DNA of 64,000 nt from NCBI GenBank assembly GCA_029567505.1, contig JAKPXO010000228.1, positions 3,376-67,375 on the forward strand, written 5' to 3'. The DNA is from Acidobacteriota bacterium. GTDB taxonomy: Bacteria > Acidobacteriota > Thermoanaerobaculia > UBA5066. The notes under the pieces are model-generated. The model was not told the DNA's origin, did no database searches, and saw only the letters and a program-made list of their open reading frames with translations. The position numbers were made by a program, and so were the translations under genes. Positions 57,595 to 64,000 of the stretch are shown here, piece by piece; position 1 is the stretch's first letter; every line of letters starts with the position of its first letter.

Positions 57595-60516
57595 ATGAAT
57601 CGTAAGTACGGCCTGTTCCTGGCGTCCGTGTTCGCCGCGGCGGCTCTTCTGGTGCCGGGCGACTCTCTCGCTCGTCCCGCCGGGGACGAGGGGATCGCCC
57701 GTCCGGCGGCCCGCGACGTCGACCTCAGGGTCCGCGAGCCGCACGTCGGCGAAGCGATGCGGGCGGGCGCCGTCGTGCGCCGCGAGCCGCTCGCCGCGGC
57801 CGCCGAGGCGCTCGAGGAGTACCGCGACGTCCTCGGCCGCGGGCCGGAGGACGGCTTCGCGTTCCGGCTGGAGGAGAAGGACCAGCTCGGCCAGTCCCAC
57901 GTGAGGATGATGCAGACCTATCGGGGCATCCGAGTCCTCGGGGGCGACGTCGTCGTCCACCTCGACGGGGACGGGCTCCTCGGGATGAGCGGCCGTTTCG
58001 TCGGCGGCCTAGACCTTCCGGTCGTCGCCGCGCTCGCCCCGGCCGAGTCGGCGGGAGCCGCGATCGCCTGGATCGAACGCGAGGGCGGGGCGAACGTCGA
58101 GATCGTCGACGTCCTCGACCCGGTCGTCTGGGCGCTTTCGGGCGAGCCGGCCCTCGTCGTCCCGATCCGCGCGATGTGGGTCGAGGACGACGAGCTCCGG
58201 TTCGAGGACGTCCACGTCGACGCCGCGACCGGCGGGTTCGTCGGGTCGCTCTCGAAGATCTTCACGGCGAAGAACCGGAAGATCTACAACATGAACCAGG
58301 CCTGCCTCTCGACCGGAAACGAGCTCCCCGGGACGCTCGTCATCAACGAGGGCGGCACGTCGTCCGACACGGCGGTCATGGGCGCCTACGACAACACGGG
58401 CCTCGCCTACGACTACTACAAGAACATCCACGGGCGGGACTCGTACGACGGCTCCGGCTCGGTCATCGTCTCCTCGGTCCACGGCCAGTTCTCGACGGGC
58501 TACAGCTGCTCGAAGAACAACGCGGCCTGGATCGATTCGCCCTACAACCAGATGGTCTTCGGCGACGGCGACGGGAGCACGTTCTCGAACCTGGCGCGCG
58601 GCATCGACGTCACGACGCACGAGTTCTCGCACGCCGTCTGCTCGCGGACCGCGGATCTCGCCTACCAGAACGACTCCGGCGCCCTGAACGAGGCGAACTC
58701 CGACATCCTCGGCCGCGCCGCGGCGTTCTACGGCGGGGACGGCAACGCCTCGACGCGGACCCACTGGGCGGTCGGCGCCGACGTCTACACCCCGGGCACC
58801 TCGGGCGACGCCCTCCGCTACATGTACGACCCGGCCAAGGACGGCGACTCGGCCGACTACTACCCGACCCGGAACTACGCGAGCGGCTGCTCGCCGTCGG
58901 ACAGCAACGACTACTGCGGCGTCCACACGAACAGCGGTATCGGGAACCTCTTCTTCTACCTCCTCTCCCAGGGCGGGACTCACCCGCGCGGCAAGACGAC
59001 GGTGTCCGTCACCGGGATCGGCCTCACGAAGGCCGAGAGGATCTGGTACCGGGCCCTCTCCGTCTACATGACCTCTTCCACGACCTTCCAGGGCGCCCGC
59101 ACGGCGACGGCGAACGCCGCGTCGGACCTCTACGGCGGGACATGCACGGCGGAGTGGCAGTCGGTCCACAAGGCGTGGGACGCGGTCGGAGTCCCGGGCA
59201 CCTGGTCCTGCGGGACGACCTACTCCATCGCCGGCAACGCCGGGACGAGCGGCGCCACCGTCTCCGCCGGGGGCGTCTCGACGACCTCCGACACGAGCGG
59301 CAACTACACCCTCGCCGGCCTCGCGGCGGGCACCTACTCCGTCACCGCGTCGAAGACGGGCTGCACGTTCTCGCCCACCTCGATCTCCGTCACGGTCGGC
59401 CCGAGCGCGACCGGCAGGAACTTCACGGCCACCTGCTCGACGGGCGACACGGCGCTGACGAGCGGCGTCACGCTCACGGGGCAGAGCGTCGCGAAGAGCG
59501 CCTGGAAGTATTACTACATCGACGTCCCGTCGGGCGCGACGAGCCTCGTCTTCCAGACGACGAGCGCCACGGCCGACATCGACATCTACACGCGCTTCAA
59601 CGCGAAGCCGACGTCCTCCACCTATACCTGCCGTCCGTACACCTCCTCGGGCAACGAGACCTGCACGGCGACGAACCCGAGCGCCGGACGCTGGTGGCTC
59701 GGCGTGTACGGCTACGCGGCCGGGAGCTTCTCGGTGACCGCGACCGTTCAGACGGGCACGACGACCTACTCCATCGCCGGGAACGCCGGGACGAGCGGAG
59801 CGACGGTCAGCGCGGGCTCGAAGTCGGCCACGTCCGACGCGAGCGGCAACTACTCGATCACCGGGCTGACCGCCGGGACCTACTCGGTCTCGGCCACGAA
59901 GAGCGGCTGCACCTTCTCGCCGACGTCCCTCTCCGTCACGGTGGGCCCGAACGCCACGGGCAAGAGCTTCACGGCGAGCTGCGGCTCCGGCGGACAGGTG
60001 GAGCGCCTGGCGAACGGGAGCTTCGAGTCGCTGACGGCCTCGACGAACAGCGCGCCGGACGGCTCCTGGTCGCGGACGGCCTATAGCGGGTCGAGCTTCA
60101 ACACGCTGATCGCGAACGGCAGCGCCCCGCACGGTGGCTCGGACTACGCCTACGTCGGCGTCTACAACTCCTCCTCGCAGTCGGTGACGAGCGCGAACGT
60201 CGTCATCCCGTCCGGGGCGACGAGCGCCACGCTCACGTTCTACGTCTCGATCGTCACGAGCGAGACGACGACCACCCGGGCGTACGACAAGCTGAACGTC
60301 CAGCTGGTCAACGCGTCCACGGGGTCGGTGCTCGCCACGCTCGGCACGCTCTCGAACCTGAACAAGACGGGCAGCGCGTCGACCTATGCCCTGAAGAGCT
60401 ACTCCGTGACGTCCTACAAGGGACAGACCGTCAAGGTCCGCTTCGCGGCCACGAACGACTCGTCTCTCACGACGACGTTCCGGATCGACGACGTCAGCCT
60501 GAAGTCGGACGGCTGA
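57595..60516 (+). CDS. Secreted M4 (thermolysin-like) zinc metallopeptidase with FTP/PepSY propeptide and duplicated C-terminal Ig-like plus PPC modules
   Basis: Signal peptide. HEFSHAV (HExxH) with downstream NEANSDI (GxxNExSD third-ligand motif). C-terminal CarboxypepD_reg-like and pre-peptidase C-terminal domains. Confidence 0.85.
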   Translation: MNRKYGLFLASVFAAAALLVPGDSLARPAGDEGIARPAARDVDLRVREPHVGEAMRAGAVVRREPLAAAAEALEEYRDVLGRGPEDGFAFRLEEKDQLGQSHVRMMQTYRGIRVLGGDVVVHLDGDGLLGMSGRFVGGLDLPVVAALAPAESAGAAIAWIEREGGANVEIVDVLDPVVWALSGEPALVVPIRAMWVEDDELRFEDVHVDAATGGFVGSLSKIFTAKNRKIYNMNQACLSTGNELPGTLVINEGGTSSDTAVMGAYDNTGLAYDYYKNIHGRDSYDGSGSVIVSSVHGQFSTGYSCSKNNAAWIDSPYNQMVFGDGDGSTFSNLARGIDVTTHEFSHAVCSRTADLAYQNDSGALNEANSDILGRAAAFYGGDGNASTRTHWAVGADVYTPGTSGDALRYMYDPAKDGDSADYYPTRNYASGCSPSDSNDYCGVHTNSGIGNLFFYLLSQGGTHPRGKTTVSVTGIGLTKAERIWYRALSVYMTSSTTFQGARTATANAASDLYGGTCTAEWQSVHKAWDAVGVPGTWSCGTTYSIAGNAGTSGATVSAGGVSTTSDTSGNYTLAGLAAGTYSVTASKTGCTFSPTSISVTVGPSATGRNFTATCSTGDTALTSGVTLTGQSVAKSAWKYYYIDVPSGATSLVFQTTSATADIDIYTRFNAKPTSSTYTCRPYTSSGNETCTATNPSAGRWWLGVYGYAAGSFSVTATVQTGTTTYSIAGNAGTSGATVSAGSKSATSDASGNYSITGLTAGTYSVSATKSGCTFSPTSLSVTVGPNATGKSFTASCGSGGQVERLANGSFESLTASTNSAPDGSWSRTAYSGSSFNTLIANGSAPHGGSDYAYVGVYNSSSQSVTSANVVIPSGATSATLTFYVSIVTSETTTTRAYDKLNVQLVNASTGSVLATLGTLSNLNKTGSASTYALKSYSVTSYKGQTVKVRFAATNDSSLTTTFRIDDVSLKSDG
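59215..59982 (+). repeat. Two near-identical ~225-bp direct repeat units (59215-59439 and 59761-59982) inside the M4 protease gene
   Basis: DNA tactccatcgccggcaacgccgggacgagcggcgcc... vs tactccatcgccgggaacgccgggacgagcggagcg.... They encode TTYSIAGNAGTSGATVSAG(G/S)...CTFSPTS(I/L)SVTVGP.ATG..FTA(T/S)C. Confidence 0.6.
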
Positions 60517-60558
60517 GGCCGGCTGGAGGAGAGGAGTCCGATCGGGCTTCGGGGGGGA

Positions 60559-60585
60559 GGGGAGCGATCCTCTCCCCCTTTTCTC
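60559..60585 (+). terminator. Putative Rho-independent terminator after the M4 protease gene
   Basis: ggggag-cgatcct-ctcccc then CTTTTCT. Confidence 0.35.
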
Positions 60586-60586
60586 G

Positions 60587-61750
60587 TCAGAGGGGGCGCG
60601 TTCTCGTCATCATCGAGAAGAGCCGGGCGCCCTTCGGCACGGACGAGAAGGCGTGGAACAGGAGCGCGACGCCGTCCTCGGGAGCTCGGACCTCGACGAC
60701 GGCGTCGGCGGCGCGCGGCGGCAGGCTCCGGCAGCGCGACGGGTCGGCGAGCCGAACCACCACGTCGCCCGCCTTCACGCGCGTGCCGGGGCGAACGGCC
60801 AGGTCGACGAGACCGCCGACGGGGGCGTGCATCGACCGGTAGTCGGAGGCCGAGCACGCGGTGATCGGGCCGAGAGGGGCGTCCGGCTCGCCCTCGAGGA
60901 CGCCGTAGTAGCGGAGCGCGGATGCGATCCGCCGGGCGTCCTCCCGGCCGGCGTCCAGAGAGAAATCGTTCATCGAGCCGAGCTCGACAGTGAAGCCGTC
61001 GACGAGGCGCGGAACGTCGTCCCGGCCGAGCCGCCGGAAAGCGTCGGAGAGGTCCTGCCAGGGAACGAAAGAGGCCTCGTCCAGGGCGCCGCCGAAACGG
61101 GCCGGGACCTCGAGGACGAACGGCAGCCCGAAGGCACGCGCGGCGGCGACGGCTCCTTCCGGCGAGTAGAGGTAGCGGGGGGCGCGGTCTCCCGTGTGGA
61201 GGTCGAGGACGAGGTCGGCGTCGACCGCCATCTTCTGGATCGCGAGCGCGAAGTCGAGCCGGGAGTCGGCTCCCCAGGCGGCCGCTTCCTCCTCAATCGC
61301 GGCGAGGGCCGCCTTGAGCGCCTCCCGGAAACCGGTCCGGATCTCTCCGATGGGGGACGAGAGGTGCGCGGCCGCGAACGAATCGACGTCGACGTAGCAG
61401 GCGGCCGACGCCGACCGGGACGGGCCGGTGAGGTAGAGGTAGCCCCGGTTGAAGTTGACCCCGGTGAGGAGGTCGTAGACCCCTGCGACGTAGTCCCCGA
61501 CCTGCTGGTTTGCGGAAATCGGGTTGACCCGCGGGACGAGGACGATCGACCCGCGAAGCGGCGCCGTCTCGAGGAGCTCGAAAAGGCCGAGGATGGCGGC
61601 GTTCCCCTGGAGCTCGCCGCCGTGGACGTTCGCCTGGACATAGGCCACGGGCCGCTCCTGGCGGCCCCGAGCCGTAAACACCGGTGCGGTCAGCTCGTGA
61701 CCGGTCGCGGTGGTGCGGACGACGACGTCCCGGCGCTCCCAGTTCGCCAT
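60587..61750 (-). CDS. Succinylglutamate desuccinylase / aspartoacylase (AstE/AspA) family zinc hydrolase
   Basis: Start at ATG 61750 (MANWERRDVVV, GGAGGAG RBS). Motifs PVAYVQANVHGGE, ...DLH.G... typical of the family. Confidence 0.7.
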   Translation of the reverse strand: MANWERRDVVVRTTATGHELTAPVFTARGRQERPVAYVQANVHGGELQGNAAILGLFELLETAPLRGSIVLVPRVNPISANQQVGDYVAGVYDLLTGVNFNRGYLYLTGPSRSASAACYVDVDSFAAAHLSSPIGEIRTGFREALKAALAAIEEEAAAWGADSRLDFALAIQKMAVDADLVLDLHTGDRAPRYLYSPEGAVAAARAFGLPFVLEVPARFGGALDEASFVPWQDLSDAFRRLGRDDVPRLVDGFTVELGSMNDFSLDAGREDARRIASALRYYGVLEGEPDAPLGPITACSASDYRSMHAPVGGLVDLAVRPGTRVKAGDVVVRLADPSRCRSLPPRAADAVVEVRAPEDGVALLFHAFSSVPKGARLFSMMTRTRPL

Positions 61751-61791
61751 GTGCTCTCCTCCGCCGGGGAGTCTAGCGAACCGCAAACGGG

Positions 61792-61861
61792 TTAGATCAT
61801 ATGATTTGCATCATATTGCGACGAGTTCTCGATTGACACGGGTACGCGCTGGCCCTATCTT
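61792..61861 (+). promoter_or_regulatory. AT-rich divergent control region: ATCATATGAT palindrome with ATCATAT direct repeats, followed by a consensus sigma70 promoter (TTGACA-17-TATCTT) for apbE
   Basis: ttagATCATATGATttgcATCATATtgcg at 61792-61820. -35 TTGACA at 61833-61838. -10 TATCTT at 61856-61861. Confidence 0.45.
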
Positions 61862-61889
61862 CCCTTCGGTGCTGAGATCGTCTCTCAAG

Positions 61890-62954
61890 ATGCGCCGTTC
61901 ACGTGGGGCCGCCGTTCTCGCACCGCTCTTCCTGGCGACCGCGGGCCTGGGTGCAGGAGCGAACGAGGCCGAAGACGGCCTCGAGAAGGTCCGGGCCCGC
62001 TGGCTCATGGGGACGGTCCTGGAGATCCGGCTCCCGGCGGGAACCGTCGACACCGGCGGAGCCTTCGAGGCCGCGTTTCGGGCCGTCTCCGACGTCGAGG
62101 AGGTCGCTTCGCTCTGGAGGCCCGGCACCGAGCTCGGGCGCGTGCACGCGCGAGCCGCCGAAGGGGCGACGACGGTCGTCTCCGCCTCCCTCGGCGCTCT
62201 CGTCGCCGAGGCGCTGCGCGTCTCCGAGCTGACCGGTGGGGCATTCTCGCCCGCGGTCGGAGCCTTGGTGACCGCGTGGGACCTTCGCGGCGGCGGGCGA
62301 CGGCCCACGCCGGACGAACGGCGAATCGCCGTGGGGCGCTCCCGGTCGGACGGCGTCCGCTACGACCCGTCGACGCGCGAGCTCGGTCTCGACCCGGGCG
62401 TCACGCTCGACCTCGACGGCATCGCGAAGGGATTCGCCCTCGATCGGGCGGCGGAGGCGCTCCGGGCCCGGGGCGTCGACGACGCCCTCCTGAACTTCGG
62501 TGGGCAGATCCTCGTGATCGGTCCGCCCGTCGGCCGGCCGCCCCGCGAGGCGCAGGTCGCGTCGCCGTTCGACGGCGCCGCTCCGGTCCTCTCCGTCCGG
62601 CTCCGGGACGGGTCCCTCTCCACGTCGTCGAGCTCCGAGCGCGCGCGGATGGTCGACGGGCGGGAAGCGGGGCACCTCCTCGATCCCCGGACGGGAGAGC
62701 TCGTCTTCGCCACGGGATCGGTGACCGTTCTCGCCTCGTCCGGCGCCCTGGCGGACGCCCTCTCGACGGCGTGGGCCGTCGAGGGGCCGGCCGGGTTCCG
62801 ACGCGCCGAGCCCGTGGGGCCGTTCCGGCGCTCGGGCGCGGTCGCGTTCGTCCTTCCGGGCGCGGAAGGCGGGTTCGAGACGGTTGCCGATGCCCCTTTC
62901 GTCCGACTCCGGCCGCCGTCGCGCGGCCCCGAGGTCACCGCGACCAGACCTTGA
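61890..62954 (+). CDS. apbE: FAD:protein FMN transferase (ApbE family), periplasmic
   Basis: Start at ATG 61890 with signal peptide. LDLDGIAKGFALD, GG.....A....STSS family motifs. Confidence 0.8.
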   Translation: MRRSRGAAVLAPLFLATAGLGAGANEAEDGLEKVRARWLMGTVLEIRLPAGTVDTGGAFEAAFRAVSDVEEVASLWRPGTELGRVHARAAEGATTVVSASLGALVAEALRVSELTGGAFSPAVGALVTAWDLRGGGRRPTPDERRIAVGRSRSDGVRYDPSTRELGLDPGVTLDLDGIAKGFALDRAAEALRARGVDDALLNFGGQILVIGPPVGRPPREAQVASPFDGAAPVLSVRLRDGSLSTSSSSERARMVDGREAGHLLDPRTGELVFATGSVTVLASSGALADALSTAWAVEGPAGFRRAEPVGPFRRSGAVAFVLPGAEGGFETVADAPFVRLRPPSRGPEVTATRP

Positions 62955-62976
62955 ATCCACCTCAGAGGAGAGATCG

Positions 62977-64000
62977 ATGAACCCGATTCCGAGAGCGCTC
63001 GTCGCGCTCCCGATCTGTGCCCTGACCCTTCTCGCGGGCCCCGCCCGCTCCGACGAGCCCGCGCCGGCGCCCCCGCCGGCCGGTTCCGAGGAGGCCCCCT
63101 CCAACGAGGAGCTCGCCCGGCGCATCGAGGTCCTCTCGCGCGAGCTCGAAGCGCGCCGCCTGGGCGACGCGGCGGATCCCGCCCCGCTGGCCGGGTCCAC
63201 CGGCAAGTGGGGCCTCGGCCCCGCCGCCTCGAAGGTCTATTCGAAGAGCTCCGGCCTCTCGATCGGAGGCTACGGCGAGTCGCTCTACCAGAACTTCGAC
63301 GCGACGCGCGAAGACGGCGCCCGGTCGGGGAAGACGAACGAGTGGGACTACCTCCGCGCGGTCGTCTATCTCGGCTGGAAGTTCGACAAGACCTTCGTCC
63401 TGAACAGCGAGATCGAATACGAGCACGCTTCGACGGGGAAGGGGGGCGAGGTCTCGGTCGAGTTCCTGACCCTCGACGCGATGCTGCGCGACGAGCTGAA
63501 CCTTCGGGCCGGCCTCCTCCTCGCGCCGGTCGGCCTCGTGAACGAGATGCACGAGCCGACGACCTCCCTCGGCGCCCGCCGCCCCGACACCGAGAGCCGG
63601 ATCCTCCCCTCGACCTGGAGGGCGAACGGGGTCGGCGTCTTCGGCGAGGCGGGGCCGGTCGCCTACAAGCTCTATCTGACGGAGAGCCTCTCCGCGGCGT
63701 CGTTCAACGCCGCGAACGGCATCCGGGGGGGGCGGCAGAACGGCGCCCGGGCGACGGCCGACAACCTCGCCGTGACGGGACGCGTCGACCTCGTCTCCGT
63801 GCCGGGGCTCCTCGCGGGGGTTTCGTTCTTCTCGGGCGAATCGGGGAAGGACCTCGTCGCCGACGGAGAGTCGTTCGGCGCCCGGACGACGACGTTCGAC
63901 GTGCACGCCGACTGGCGGTTCCGCGGGCTCTGGCTGCGGGGCGTCTTCGCGCGCGTCTCGATCGACGACGCCGCGCTGCTGAACCGGTCGCTCGGCCTGA
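62977..64000 (+). CDS. Putative outer-membrane porin with an N-terminal coiled-coil (phosphate-selective porin O/P-like); C-terminus beyond the window end
   Basis: ATG 62977 with GAGGAG RBS. Signal peptide, then EELARRIEVLSRELEARRL coiled-coil, then alternating beta-strand pattern. No stop within the window, so it is absent from the ORF track. Confidence 0.45.
   Translation, partial: MNPIPRALVALPICALTLLAGPARSDEPAPAPPPAGSEEAPSNEELARRIEVLSRELEARRLGDAADPAPLAGSTGKWGLGPAASKVYSKSSGLSIGGYGESLYQNFDATREDGARSGKTNEWDYLRAVVYLGWKFDKTFVLNSEIEYEHASTGKGGEVSVEFLTLDAMLRDELNLRAGLLLAPVGLVNEMHEPTTSLGARRPDTESRILPSTWRANGVGVFGEAGPVAYKLYLTESLSAASFNAANGIRGGRQNGARATADNLAVTGRVDLVSVPGLLAGVSFFSGESGKDLVADGESFGARTTTFDVHADWRFRGLWLRGVFARVSIDDAALLNRSLGL

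Noticed and set aside
57350-57598. 82-aa ORF immediately upstream of the M4 protease
   Set aside because: No RBS, Arg/Gly-rich, and overlaps the promoter region. Treated as non-coding.

Overview
This is a very GC-rich (roughly 70%) bacterial chromosomal window. Gene content suggests a diderm host: TamA/TamB, a FadL-like porin and other outer-membrane beta-barrels are present. Gene order in two blocks is nevertheless Firmicutes-like: thrS-infC-rpmI-rplT-pheS-pheT-zapB-zapA-rny-ymdB, and xseA-xseB-ispA-dxs-tlyA-nadK. Most of the window is core housekeeping and envelope genes, with tRNA-Val x2 and tRNA-Asp. There are no CRISPR arrays, transposases, integrases or phage genes. Because of the GC content, every region carries long antisense ORFs rich in Arg/Pro/Gly; I treated these as artefacts. 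The regions worth a second look are, in my order of interest:

1. 4854-9747 (minus strand): a translationally coupled three-gene cluster of paralogous AAA_16/STAND-like ATPases. One is fused to an OmpR/CadC-type winged-helix DNA-binding domain. One is fused to a secreted TPR array, a single TM helix and a poly-Arg stop-transfer tract. One is a bare ATPase. Together they read like a split, membrane-spanning STAND-type signalling system.
2. 55100-55400: the metY leader encodes a Met-codon-dense peptide (AMSMSMPM) followed by a strong intrinsic terminator just before the metY ribosome-binding site. This looks like ribosome-mediated attenuation for methionine. The metY / aspartokinase-like / metX operon it controls contains an aspartokinase that lacks its ACT regulatory domains.
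3. 40318-43515: a methyl-accepting chemotaxis protein whose C-terminus is a cytoplasmic family-5 solute-binding-protein domain. It sits next to a partner-switching pair in inverted gene order.
4. 55482-57264: a multi-zinc-ribbon protein co-transcribed with an uncharacterised 373-aa protein.
5. Smaller items: infC with a non-canonical AUU start, a structured zapA-rny spacer, palindromic or AT-rich operator-like elements, and a DNA-level tandem duplication inside a secreted M4 protease.
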